Counted from the stretch's first letter, positions 25,150 to 37,643 are shown. The stretch: DNA of 64,000 nt from Gammaproteobacteria bacterium (GCA_965116795.1 OZ220716.1:618503-682502); one strand, 5' to 3'. Program-made: numbers and translations. The notes: a model not told the origin generated them from the sequence alone.

Positions 25150-25580
25150 CAGTAACTATATTATCTTAAAGAATATTTATTATTTTATGGTTATTATTAA
25201 GGGCTACTTTTCCTGTTAATACCCTTGGTTTATCCATAAATAACAATAAGTTAGCGTGTTATTATCTTTGTGGATAAGGTGCTGGTTTTTTGGGTAACCG
25301 TTGTGAATCTGTCTGGATAATATATGACTATTGCGAGTAGGCATCGGTCATTCAAGCAATCACCCCCAATTAGTCTCATGGTTATTCACAGGTTTTATTA
25401 AATCTAAAATCCGCAGTTCGGAGTTTCTTGACCATTTGATTGCTTATTCACCAATCCTGTTTGTTTGCAGATTTTTAGGGTTAATGATTATTCCCAGCAA
25501 TGGAGTGTCTGAGTGTTTGTGCATTGCTCAATAACAATGTTATTTTTTTAAGCGTCAATATATTTGCTGTGGATAACATG
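25150..25580. promoter_or_regulatory. oriC: Probable oriC (rpmH-dnaA intergenic region)
   Basis: DnaA boxes TTATCCATA 25230, TGTGGATAA 25269, TCTGGATAA 25312, TTATTCACA 25382, TGTGGATAA 25568; AT-rich tract 25155-25200; flanking genes diverge from here. Confidence 0.75.
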
Positions 25581-25666
25581 GTTAAAGCGAGATACACTGA
25601 CAAGCTGTTTGCGTCATGATGTGAAGCGATGCGCCCCTAATAAAATGAAAGATAAGTTTTAGTATC

Positions 25667-25690
25667 TATGCTCAAAACGTTTTGAGTATA
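25667..25690. repeat. 24-bp palindrome matching fused ERIC-like termini
   Basis: TATGCTCAAAACGTTTTGAGTATA resembles the ends of the 14074 and 36925 elements. Confidence 0.5.
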
Positions 25691-25740
25691 TTTGTCCCAC
25701 GATTGTGTTAATCAAGAGGGAAAATAAAGGAGAAAAGTAC

Positions 25741-27132
25741 GTGGCTGTGGTTGTACCCGTGTCAGCGCCCGCACCATTATGGGACACCTGTTTGGATAGA
25801 CTTCGCGATGAAGTACCTATAGAACAGTTCAATACGTGGATAAGGCCGTTACAAGTCGATCATTGTACCGAGCAAAACACGTTAACCTTGCTAGCACCTA
25901 ATCGTTTTGTCTCTGACTGGGTGAGTGAGAAATACATAACAAAAATTACTGCACTGTTAAGCGATATTGTTGGCAATGATCCGCCTAAAATAATCTTACA
26001 AATTGGCTCCTCATCGGTACGTGAAATTGAAGCCAACGCTATGGTGAGTGCACTAGCAATCGATGGAGTAAGTGACGCAACCGTATTAGATCCGCCAGCT
26101 GTTGCTGCGTTTGATAGCAGTTTAAACCCAGGTTTTACCTTTGATAACTTTGTTGAAGGAAAGTCAAATCAATTGGCGCGCGCAGCGTCACAACAAGTCG
26201 CGGAAAACCCTGGGGAGGCCTATAACCCGTTATTTATTTACGGAGGCGTGGGGTTAGGTAAAACGCATTTAATGCATGCGGTCGGTAATTTAATCCAGCA
26301 GCGCAAACAAGGTGCGCAAGTGTTGTATCTCAACTCAGAACGGTTTGTTGCAGACATGGTAAAGGCATTGCAAACTAATCGCATGAATGAGTTTAAACGG
26401 CTATATCGCACTGTGGATGCTTTATTAATCGATGATATTCAATTTTTCGCGGGTAAAGATCGTTCTCAAGAAGAATTTTTTCACACCTTTAACCACCTAT
26501 TAGAAGGCCAACGCCAAGTTATTTTAACCTGTGATCGCTATCCCAAAGAAATTAATGGGCTAGAAGAGCGATTAAAATCGCGTTTTGGTTGGGGGTTAAC
26601 GGTTGCTGTTGAGCCGCCGGAATTGGAAATGCGAGTGGCGATTTTGATGAGCAAAGCTGAACAGTTACAACTCAGTTTACCCTATGAGGTTGCGTTTTTT
26701 ATCGCAAAACGGATTCGTTCAAATGTTAGAGAATTAGAAGGCGCATTGCGGCGTGTGATGGCGAGTGCGCATTTTACCGGCAAACCGATTACCTTAGACT
26801 TTGTCCGAGAAGCATTAAAAGATTTATTATCGTTGCAAGCTAAGTTGGTTACAATAGACAATATTCAAAAAACGGTTGCTGAATATTACAAAGTTAAAAC
26901 AGCGGATTTATTATCAAGTAGGCGCAGTCGCTCGATTGCCCGTCCGCGGCAAATGGCAATGGCATTAGCAAAAGAATTGACCAACCACAGCTTGCCTGAA
27001 ATCGGCGATACGTTTGGCGGACGCGATCATACAACGGTATTGCATGCGTGTCGCAAGATTAAAGAATTGATCAACGCTAATTCAGATTTGGCGGAAGACT
27101 ATACCAATTTGTTACGGATTTTATCAACGTGA
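25741..27132 (+). CDS. dnaA: Chromosomal replication initiator
   Basis: [36 protein letters not shown]; GTG start chosen after the GGAG RBS. Confidence 0.98.
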   Translation: MAVVVPVSAPAPLWDTCLDRLRDEVPIEQFNTWIRPLQVDHCTEQNTLTLLAPNRFVSDWVSEKYITKITALLSDIVGNDPPKIILQIGSSSVREIEANAMVSALAIDGVSDATVLDPPAVAAFDSSLNPGFTFDNFVEGKSNQLARAASQQVAENPGEAYNPLFIYGGVGLGKTHLMHAVGNLIQQRKQGAQVLYLNSERFVADMVKALQTNRMNEFKRLYRTVDALLIDDIQFFAGKDRSQEEFFHTFNHLLEGQRQVILTCDRYPKEINGLEERLKSRFGWGLTVAVEPPELEMRVAILMSKAEQLQLSLPYEVAFFIAKRIRSNVRELEGALRRVMASAHFTGKPITLDFVREALKDLLSLQAKLVTIDNIQKTVAEYYKVKTADLLSSRRSRSIARPRQMAMALAKELTNHSLPEIGDTFGGRDHTTVLHACRKIKELINANSDLAEDYTNLLRILST

Positions 27133-27153
27133 TAGACAGTTAGGTAGGGAACT

Positions 27154-28272
27154 ATGAAATTCAGTATAAATCGTGAAACCATGCTAAAACCGCTGCAATT
27201 AGCAGCGAACGTCGCCGAAAAGCGACAAACGTTACCGATCTTATCTAATGTCTTGTTGGTGTTAAAAACACAAACGTTGCAAATGACGGCAACTGACTCA
27301 GAGGTCGAGGTGGTAAGCCAGCTCGGTTTAGATGAGCCAGCCGAGTTAGGCGAAATCAGCGTCCCTGCGCGCAAAATGTTAGATATATGTAAGAATTTAC
27401 CGTCATCTGCCGTGATTTGCTGTGAACTTGCTAAAGAACGTATGGTGGTTAAGTCAGGTAAAACCCGGTTCACGTTATCTACCTTGCCCGCATCTGATTT
27501 TCCTCACTTTAGTGATGGCCCGGGTAAGTGTGAATTCCAAGTAGATAGCCGTGCATTGAAGCAAATGATTGAGAATACCCAGTTTGCTATGGCACAACAA
27601 GATGTGCGTTATTACCTAAATGGGATGTTGTTAGAGGTGACTGCAGAAAATAGCCTGCGCGCAGTAGCAACTGATGGACATCGGTTAGCCATGAGTTCGG
27701 TAGCGTTATCCCAGCCAGTTGCTCCGATCCAAGCCATTATTCCGCGCAAAGGGATTTTAGAATTGTCACGTTTATTAAGTGATGGAGACGAAACCTGCAT
27801 GGTGACGATTGGGGATAACTTTGTACGAGTTGGTTGTGGTGAAGTTACCTTTACTTCGAAGCTAGTTGATGGCCGTTTCCCCGACGTTCAAAGCAAATTG
27901 CCTAAAGCGGGCGATTCGGTGGTTGCCGCATCGCGAGATTTACTAAAGCAAACATTGCAGCGGGCAGCGATTTTAACCAATGAAAAATACCATGGAGTCC
28001 GCCTGCAACTGGCAGAAAACACACTGACAGTGTTGGCGAATAATCCAGAACAAGAAGAAGCTGAGGAAGAGTTAGCGGTGTCTTACAGCGGTAATTCATT
28101 GGAGGTTGGCTTTAATGTTACCTACTTGTTGGATGCGCTTAGCGCATTACCCGAAGGTGATGTTGAAATAGCCCTTGTTGAGGGAAATAACAGCGCCTTA
28201 ATTCGCAGTTTGCAGACCGATGATCCGATCGCAGCAAACAGTTTGTATGTGGTGATGCCGATGCGAGTATGA
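27154..28272 (+). CDS. dnaN: DNA polymerase III beta clamp
   Basis: TLPILSNVL, QDVRYYLNGML, ATDGHRLA, YVVMPMRV. Confidence 0.98.
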   Translation: MKFSINRETMLKPLQLAANVAEKRQTLPILSNVLLVLKTQTLQMTATDSEVEVVSQLGLDEPAELGEISVPARKMLDICKNLPSSAVICCELAKERMVVKSGKTRFTLSTLPASDFPHFSDGPGKCEFQVDSRALKQMIENTQFAMAQQDVRYYLNGMLLEVTAENSLRAVATDGHRLAMSSVALSQPVAPIQAIIPRKGILELSRLLSDGDETCMVTIGDNFVRVGCGEVTFTSKLVDGRFPDVQSKLPKAGDSVVAASRDLLKQTLQRAAILTNEKYHGVRLQLAENTLTVLANNPEQEEAEEELAVSYSGNSLEVGFNVTYLLDALSALPEGDVEIALVEGNNSALIRSLQTDDPIAANSLYVVMPMRV

Positions 28273-29381
28273 GCATTGAGTCCCTCGAAATAGCTCATTT
28301 TCGTTGCTTTTCGACGCATAAACTGCACTTATCTCCAGGTTTTAATCTGTTTGTTGGCCAAAATGGTAGCGGCAAAACATCGCTGCTGGAAGCAGTTTAT
28401 TATCTTGGGCGTGCCAAATCCTTTAAAACCCATTTACCACGACGTTTGATCCAACGTGATCAGGCAGCATTTTCATTGTTTGCTCGGGTAACTGAGCAGC
28501 AAGATGATGCTGGCTCCATGCCGATTGGGGTACGGTATTCGACAAACGGTGAGTCTTGTCTGCGAATCAATGGGGAAACGGCGTCTTCGCGAGCTGAATT
28601 AGCCTCGTTATTGCCAATACAATTAATTAATACCGAAAGTTATCGCTTGATCGATTCTGGGCCGACGCCGCGCCGCGAATTCTTAGATTGGGGTGTGTTT
28701 CACGTGAAACATGACTTTTTACCCCTGTGGCGACGATTACGCCACCACTTAAAACAGCGTAATGCAGCGATTAAGCTCAATGATCGTCGCCATATGCTGG
28801 CTTGGGACACTGGTTTGGTCGACATTGCGAACGCATTGGATGCGTTGCGCCAAATGTATTTTACCCAATGGTTGTTGGTATTAACCCCATTATTAGATCA
28901 ACTATTACCTGATATGCCCATTGACTGGCAATATTATCGAGGTTGGTCAGCTGAGCGGTCATTAGCAGACGCATTGGCGATGAATGTTGAGCGTGATCTG
29001 AGACTGGGTTATACCACTGTCGGTCCGCAACGTTGCGATATCGTGTGTCGAATTCACGGTGTGCCTGTGGACGATGTGTTATCCCGTGGACAGCAAAAAT
29101 TACTGGTGATTGCGATGCGCTTAGCGCAAGGGATCATGTTGTATCAACAATTGGGGCGCCAAGTGATTTATTTGGTGGATGATGTGGCTGCAGAGTTGGA
29201 TCCTCGACATCGAGCCTGGGTATTGGAAGTATTGCAATCATTGCATGCCCAAGTGTTGTTAACAGCGATTGAGCGAGATGATTTAACCTTGTCTGTGCCG
29301 GTAACCGAAACACAATTGTCTATTTCCAATGTTTCACGTGAAACCTCAGTAAGCTCAAGTGAGCCACTGAGCAGTGATTAA
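28269..29381 (+). CDS. recF: DNA replication/repair protein RecF
   Basis: GQNGSGKTSLLEA, LSRGQQK, DDVAAELD. Confidence 0.97.
   Translation: MSIESLEIAHFRCFSTHKLHLSPGFNLFVGQNGSGKTSLLEAVYYLGRAKSFKTHLPRRLIQRDQAAFSLFARVTEQQDDAGSMPIGVRYSTNGESCLRINGETASSRAELASLLPIQLINTESYRLIDSGPTPRREFLDWGVFHVKHDFLPLWRRLRHHLKQRNAAIKLNDRRHMLAWDTGLVDIANALDALRQMYFTQWLLVLTPLLDQLLPDMPIDWQYYRGWSAERSLADALAMNVERDLRLGYTTVGPQRCDIVCRIHGVPVDDVLSRGQQKLLVIAMRLAQGIMLYQQLGRQVIYLVDDVAAELDPRHRAWVLEVLQSLHAQVLLTAIERDDLTLSVPVTETQLSISNVSRETSVSSSEPLSSD
28696..28711. promoter_or_regulatory. parS: parS site (perfect) inside recF
   Basis: TGTTTCACGTGAAACA equals the canonical parS palindrome. Confidence 0.92.
29330..29345. promoter_or_regulatory. 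parS: parS site (15/16) at the 3' end of recF
   Basis: TGTTTCACGTGAAACC. Confidence 0.88.
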
Positions 29382-29527
29382 GCATGATTCTCTGTTTTTT
29401 TTTTGCCCGTGGCGGGCATTGTTAGCACAATAAAGGGCTAACAATTAACGCCATGTTCGATGTTATCTAAAAAAACCAAATAAATTTATCTTCAAAACCA
29501 ACTTAATAGAACCTCTGTGCGTTGAGG

Positions 29528-29565
29528 CGTTATCCCAGAAGCCGTGGAACGGCTGTCTGGGATCT
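29528..29565. repeat. REP-like palindrome (CGTC-tagged family, degenerate)
   Basis: ATCCCAGA-GCCGTGGAACGGC-TCTGGGAT nested hairpin; the same GCC(C)GTGGAAC(G)GGC core occurs at 50154. Confidence 0.55.
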
Positions 29566-29652
29566 GAATAATCAAATAGTTATGCTATTACATCGAAAGC
29601 CGAACATCACGTTAATTAACTGCATAGTGACTAAGAGGAGACTGTTAAGTGC

Positions 29653-30072
29653 TTATTCTGTTGTTGTGATGGTAAACGCGTCGTAACGAATGGGATTGGT
29701 CACTATCAAATAACAGGTACGGTCTTGGCCGGGTGAGCCACCCATAGGCCAAGCAATTGGCCAGACAATGTAATTATCGGGTAATCCGCCATCCAATAGT
29801 AAATTGGTTGCGGTTAAGCAGGACATGCTGGTTGGTATGGCAACACCTTTGTTCAAGTTTAACTTGGTTGTTTTGTTAATTGAATTAGCTGATTCTAATG
29901 ATCCTAAAACAGACTGAAAACTATTTTTTTTGGCCTCATCACTGATATCAATGAAGTTGACGAACACGACAATGGATAGAATAGATAGCAACACAATGAC
30001 CATAATAAGTTCAATTAAGGTAAAGCCGCGGTTGCTGGGTAAAGTAGGTAATCTAGACATATTTTTATCCAA
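29653..30072 (-). CDS. Type IV pilin / prepilin-cleavage domain protein (MSHA-like)
   Basis: G|FTLIELIMVIVLLSILS class III signal; two Cys in the C-terminal part. Confidence 0.85.
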   Translation of the reverse strand: MDKNMSRLPTLPSNRGFTLIELIMVIVLLSILSIVVFVNFIDISDEAKKNSFQSVLGSLESANSINKTTKLNLNKGVAIPTSMSCLTATNLLLDGGLPDNYIVWPIAWPMGGSPGQDRTCYLIVTNPIRYDAFTITTTE

Positions 30073-30261
30073 TTATACACTGATTAAAGGTTAAGTATAG
30101 AAGGCAAATTCAATTCGTGTGGTGATGCCAATAGCCTTATTATCTTTTTTGATTGGCAAGATAAATTAAGTGCAGACAAGCCTGTTAAAAAACCAACACA
30201 TATCCCTAGATTTTTTAGTATGGTAGGGTTGTTATTTCTGTTACAATATTGCGTTTTTTAA

Positions 30262-32733
<2,472 letters not shown>

Positions 32734-32750
32734 TCGCCTATTTTATGGCG

Positions 32751-33554
32751 TTATTTTACCCGCCTACACACGATAAACGATATATCATCATCTTTTAAAA
32801 AAGCTGCTTGTTTAACAGGATTAACCATTTGTTGACAACATTGTGTTAAGCGTTGGCTGACTTTTGCGACTGTGCCAGCACGCACGGTATTAATGAGATC
32901 CTCATCTAACACATTATCAAATAAACCATCTGAAGCCAGTAGCAACGTATCGTAACGTGTTAATGTATTTAATGGCCCAATTTCAATCATCATGCTGCTA
33001 TCGCCGACGACATTATCTACAAAATGGTTGTGAGGATGTTGTTGACCTTCGGCACGACTCAACAAGCCGGCTTGCACAGCATAACCTACAGGCGATTGCG
33101 TAATGGTGCGGTATTTCTGTTTGCCACGTAGCCCACAATGCAATAAACCAGAATCACCAATTTGCAAGGTACAATACTGTTGTTTATGTAGGATGCAAAC
33201 AGTTAATGTGGTTTTTTTATTGCCATCTGTTGCTAATTGGTGATTGGTTTTTTCAATGGTAGCGATTACATGATTGCGTAGTGTGCTCATATCATTTGTT
33301 TCGGTAGGTAGGCGCGTTAATTGTTTATCTAAGGCATTTACGATAGCGCGTGCGGCTAAATGTCCGAGCGTGGAACCTACCCCATCAGCAACGGCTAATA
33401 CTAACGTGTGTGGATTAACTGAGTTGACCAATAGTGCATCTTGATTGGGTGGAAGTTTGTCGCATGCGCATTGGGTATAAACTCCCACAGTGAAAGTGTC
33501 TGTATCGATAATTTGAGAGGCAGTTAAGTTGTCGTCACAATAGATTGCAGTCAA
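32751..33554 (-). CDS. PP2C/PPM-family Ser/Thr phosphatase
   Basis: NQDA, VADGVG, IGDSG, LLASDGLFDN and DDISF motifs. Confidence 0.85.
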   Translation of the reverse strand: MTAIYCDDNLTASQIIDTDTFTVGVYTQCACDKLPPNQDALLVNSVNPHTLVLAVADGVGSTLGHLAARAIVNALDKQLTRLPTETNDMSTLRNHVIATIEKTNHQLATDGNKKTTLTVCILHKQQYCTLQIGDSGLLHCGLRGKQKYRTITQSPVGYAVQAGLLSRAEGQQHPHNHFVDNVVGDSSMMIEIGPLNTLTRYDTLLLASDGLFDNVLDEDLINTVRAGTVAKVSQRLTQCCQQMVNPVKQAAFLKDDDISFIVCRRVK

Positions 33555-33575
33555 TCGATTAATCCTCTTTGCACA

Positions 33576-34319
33576 TCATTCACGATATGCGCTTGTCCAT
33601 TCAATATTTTCCAAGTAATTACGTAATGCCGTGGCAGATTTAAATTTTTTCTGGATCAAGGTGCGTTTTAATCCGCAACAAATGGCTTTGACTTCCGGTG
33701 GCAATACCATATACCAACGCTGTCCGCCGATTGCGCTGTAAAAGACATTAATTGCTTCACAGACATCGTCTTTGGTGTAGCTACGCTTATCACCCACCCA
33801 ACGGTACATATCTAATAATTTTAACTCAAATCCTAGACCATAGCGTTTAACGATAATGTTTTCTGCGTGCAAGTCACCGTGATGTATCTTTAAGTTGTGC
33901 ATTGATTCAAGCCCAGTGGCTAACGCATGTAATAATTGCAGGCCACGAAAGACACCAAGCCGTTTTCCCGGTTGACGTTTTAAAAAGTCGGTAAGCAACA
34001 TGCCGTCAACGTATTCAGAAATCAAACAACATACTTTATGACCATTGAACTCAATGAATTCATGGGTTTGATAATGAATAACAATGGGGCAACTTGCGAG
34101 TTTGTGTAGTAACTTAGCGTAACGTGTTGCGGTACGATTGCTAAGATTACGATGTGGAAAAAAGCATTTAAGGGCGCGTTCTATTTTGGTGTAATCTTCG
34201 ACGACTTTATAGACTTCACTTTCAAAGCCTTCTCCCAATTTTTCGATCACCGTGTATTTGTCAGCGATCTTCTGTCCAGGTTTAAAGTTAAAAGCAGTAA
34301 TGCGTTGTCGTTTTGTCAT
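33576..34319 (-). CDS. Stand-alone Hanks-type Ser/Thr protein kinase
   Basis: LGEGFESEVY Gly loop, ALK catalytic Lys, HGDLHAENI catalytic loop, LLDMY in the DFG position. Confidence 0.85.
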   Translation of the reverse strand: MTKRQRITAFNFKPGQKIADKYTVIEKLGEGFESEVYKVVEDYTKIERALKCFFPHRNLSNRTATRYAKLLHKLASCPIVIHYQTHEFIEFNGHKVCCLISEYVDGMLLTDFLKRQPGKRLGVFRGLQLLHALATGLESMHNLKIHHGDLHAENIIVKRYGLGFELKLLDMYRWVGDKRSYTKDDVCEAINVFYSAIGGQRWYMVLPPEVKAICCGLKRTLIQKKFKSATALRNYLENIEWTSAYRE

Positions 34320-34646
34320 AGAAATAACCTACCACTTTATAGGCTAGCTTTTCTCATGCCTATTAATTTTTGGCAGAGTATACACCAAATAAATTGTTGA
34401 TGTATAACCAAAATAAAAGCAACAAAATAAGTCCAGCAAAAGCCGACAGTTTATTAGGAAATAACATCTTGCAATTTACTGCAGAACCTTTTAATTTGTG
34501 CTGCCTGTATGCTTCACGTTTTAACGGTATGGTGTATTGGTTACACTTAATATCAAAACACTTTAAGTATAGTTTGCATGATAAACTTTCTAAAACAAAA
34601 CATAAGACAAATGTTACTGTTAAATTAAACCAGGTCGAGGATAAGA

Positions 34647-36923
34647 ATGAATAATACGATTAACACCATTGTCAAACGTAATGGGGATGTTGTCCCATTT
34701 GACTTAACCCGTATTGTACAAGCAATTAAAAAAGCGATGCATGTTGCTAATGAAGGTTCGTCAACAGCAGCCAATCAAGTCGCCAATACCGTATTATTTA
34801 AGCTGGAAAAGTTAGCTGGTAGCCACGCGCACTTCATGCCAAATGTCGAAGGGGTACAAGATGATGTTGAAGATGCATTAATTAATGCGGGGTTTGCGCG
34901 TACTGCTAAAGCGTATATTTTATATCGTAAACAACACAGCGATTTGCGCCAACAACGACATACATTACCTGAACACGTTAAACAATTGGCGCGTGACAGT
35001 GCTCAGTATTTCCGTAATAAGTTAAATGAATTTGTGTATTTGCGTACGTATGCACGTTGGATTGACACGGAAAATCGTCGTGAAACTTGGATTGAAACCG
35101 TTGATCGTTATATTAATTTTATGCGTGATAATGTAGGTGAACAGTTAACAGATGACGAATATGCTGAGATACGCGAAGCCATTTTAAAGCAAGATGTGAT
35201 GCCATCAATGCGCTTACTGCAATTTGCAGGTAAAGCTGCAGCAACAACTAATGTGTGTGCCTACAATTGTTCTTATATCGCACCAAAAACATTACGTGAT
35301 TTTGCGGAAGTAATGTATGTATCAATGTGTGGTACCGGCGTGGGTTTTTCAGTGGAAACCCAAAACATTCAAACGTTGCCAATCGTAGGTTATCAAACCG
35401 GTGAAACACTACCAACGCACATTGTTGATGACAGTAAAGAAGGTTGGTGTGATGCCTTATTATTAGGCTTAGAAACCTGGTATGGTGGTAAAGACATCGC
35501 GTTTGATTATTCTAAATTACGTCCTGCCGGTGCGCGCTTAAACACAATGGGAGGGAAGAGTTCTGGCCCTGAACCGTTGCGTACGTTATTGCAATTTGCT
35601 AGACAAAAGATTTTATCACGCCAAGGACGTCGGATTGCTAACATCGATGCGCACGATATTTTGTGTAAAATTGGCGAAATCGTTGTTGCTGGTGGCGTAC
35701 GCCGTAGCGCGATGATTTCTTTATCTGATTTAGATGATGAAGCGATGCGCGATGCGAAAAAAGGTCCGTTTTATTATACCGATCCGCAACGTGCGTTAGC
35801 GAATAATTCAGCAGTATACGATAACAAACCGAGTAACCAACAATTCTTAGATGAATGGATCGCATTAATGAAAAGCGGTTCGGGTGAACGTGGGATCTTT
35901 AATCGTTATGGTTTGCGAAAAACATTACCTAAGCGGCGCGTTGATGTATTAGATAAGGCAGGCTATGTACAAAACGATCGTATTGTCGGTTGTATTGGTA
36001 CTAATCCGTGTGGCGAAATTATTTTGCAATCTAAGCAATTTTGTAATTTATCTGAAGTGGTCGCGCGTGCTGAAGATGATTTGGCATCATTAAAGCGTAA
36101 ATTACGTGTTGCCACGTTGATAGGGACATTCCAAGCAACGCTAACCCATTTCCCGTATTTATCCGAACAATGGCGTACTAATTGTGAAGCAGAACGCTTG
36201 CTTGGGGTATCGATTACTGGGCAATGGGATTGTGTGGCAGCGCGTGATGGTGATGTGTTAAATACATTGCGCGACATGGCAGTTGATGTTAATCAAACCT
36301 ACGCTAAGCGTTTTGGTATCAATCCATCAACGTGCATTACGTGTGTAAAACCATCCGGTACAGTGTCACAAACTGTGGATTGTGCCTCTGGTATGCACCC
36401 GCGACATGCACCGTATTACATTCGTCGTATTCGCATTTCCGCTACGGATGCCTTGTATAAAATGTTAAAAGACCAGGGGGTCCCAACTCATCCTGAAGTA
36501 GGACAAACCGCCGCTGAAGCCACCACATTTGTACTGGAATTTCCGGTCAAATCACCTGAGGGTGCGATTTGTCGTGATGATTTAACCGCATTAGATCAAT
36601 TAGAACATTGGAAGACAGTGAAATTACATTACACCGAACACAATCCATCGGTAACTGTGTCAGTCGGTGATGATGAATGGATCCCAGTTGCCAATTGGGT
36701 GTACGCCAATTGGGATATTGTTGGTGGATTATCATTTTTGCCGCGTTTAAATCACGTTTATCAATTAGCGCCTTATGAAAGCATTGATAAACAAACCCAT
36801 GAAAAATTGTTAGATACGATTAAAAATATCGATTTTTCCCAGCTATATAAGTATGAAATCACTGACGAAACTGAAGTAAAACGGGAATTGGCTTGCATGG
36901 GTGGGGCATGTGAAATTGTGTAA
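34647..36923 (+). CDS. nrdJ: Class II (adenosylcobalamin-dependent) ribonucleotide reductase with N-terminal ATP cone
   Basis: ATP cone (IVKRNG..VPFD..RI..AI); YNCSY, VRRSAMIS, TNPCGEI, CVKPSGTVS; C-terminal CMGGACEI; no nrdB nearby. Confidence 0.88.
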   Translation: MNNTINTIVKRNGDVVPFDLTRIVQAIKKAMHVANEGSSTAANQVANTVLFKLEKLAGSHAHFMPNVEGVQDDVEDALINAGFARTAKAYILYRKQHSDLRQQRHTLPEHVKQLARDSAQYFRNKLNEFVYLRTYARWIDTENRRETWIETVDRYINFMRDNVGEQLTDDEYAEIREAILKQDVMPSMRLLQFAGKAAATTNVCAYNCSYIAPKTLRDFAEVMYVSMCGTGVGFSVETQNIQTLPIVGYQTGETLPTHIVDDSKEGWCDALLLGLETWYGGKDIAFDYSKLRPAGARLNTMGGKSSGPEPLRTLLQFARQKILSRQGRRIANIDAHDILCKIGEIVVAGGVRRSAMISLSDLDDEAMRDAKKGPFYYTDPQRALANNSAVYDNKPSNQQFLDEWIALMKSGSGERGIFNRYGLRKTLPKRRVDVLDKAGYVQNDRIVGCIGTNPCGEIILQSKQFCNLSEVVARAEDDLASLKRKLRVATLIGTFQATLTHFPYLSEQWRTNCEAERLLGVSITGQWDCVAARDGDVLNTLRDMAVDVNQTYAKRFGINPSTCITCVKPSGTVSQTVDCASGMHPRHAPYYIRRIRISATDALYKMLKDQGVPTHPEVGQTAAEATTFVLEFPVKSPEGAICRDDLTALDQLEHWKTVKLHYTEHNPSVTVSVGDDEWIPVANWVYANWDIVGGLSFLPRLNHVYQLAPYESIDKQTHEKLLDTIKNIDFSQLYKYEITDETEVKRELACMGGACEIV

Positions 36924-36924
36924 C

Positions 36925-37096
36925 TATACTCTTCGCGTTTTAACTGTATGCTTTGTTGGCTGCGCCCTTGGATCAAGCTTGTCCTGAACTCGATTCAGGA
37001 TCTGGGCAAGCCTTTTTATAAAAGTCATGTGTCACTATACACTCCTTTTATTCGATGGCTTGCCGCCTCGCCTACAGCCAAAACGCTTTGAGTATA
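36925..37096. repeat. ERIC-like element with a ~46-bp nested palindromic insertion
   Basis: Co-linear with 14074-14199 (TATACTC...GAGTATA ends, TATGCTTTGTTGGCT.CGCCCT, AAAGTCATG, ATACACTCCTTT, GGCTTGCCGCCTCGCCTA) plus an insert at ~36970-37015. Confidence 0.8.
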
Positions 37097-37145
37097 GCAA
37101 GCCAACAGAAAAGTTTAGCCTCAATAAAACTTAGCCCTTAGCTGA

Positions 37146-37643
37146 TCAAGAGCAAGTTTGGCGTTCATACACACAAAAACAATAATCAAAAGGATTGTTA
37201 GCATCGGCTTGATGAGGTTTTCGTTGGACTTCATCCCACTCTTGTTGGTCCCATTCAGGAAAGTAAGTATCGCCATTAACAACGGTGTCGACATACGTAA
37301 TGTATAACCGTGTTGCTAAAGGCAATGCTTCGTTATACACATGATTACCACCGATAATCATAATTTCTGTGTCATCACCGGCTTGTTGCAATGCCTCTGT
37401 TAGACTATGTGCCACGCTCACATCAGCAGCTGTCCATTGTTGATTACGGGTGATCACAATATTGTGTCTACCCGGTAGCGGTTTGCCGATTGATTCGAAG
37501 GTACCCCGCCCCATAATAATCGGTTTACCTAGGGTGATCTGTTTGAAATGTTTTAAATCAGCAGATAAATGCCAGGGAATTTGATTATTGTTGCCGATCA
37601 CACGGTTGTTAGCCATAGCGACGATCAGCGCGATGTTACCCAT
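37146..37643 (-). CDS. folA: Dihydrofolate reductase
   Basis: IVAMANNRVIG, IPWHLSADLKHFK, MGRGTFESI.KPLPGR, IIGG, GDTYFP; start ATG 37643 after GGGAGAG. Confidence 0.96.
   Translation of the reverse strand: MGNIALIVAMANNRVIGNNNQIPWHLSADLKHFKQITLGKPIIMGRGTFESIGKPLPGRHNIVITRNQQWTAADVSVAHSLTEALQQAGDDTEIMIIGGNHVYNEALPLATRLYITYVDTVVNGDTYFPEWDQQEWDEVQRKPHQADANNPFDYCFCVYERQTCS

Noticed and set aside
34320-34646. Cobalamin riboswitch, NrdR boxes or 94-aa ORF upstream of nrdJ
   Set aside because: AT-rich divergent promoter region; no B12-element core seen, only weak NrdR-like matches, and the ORF has no recognisable features.
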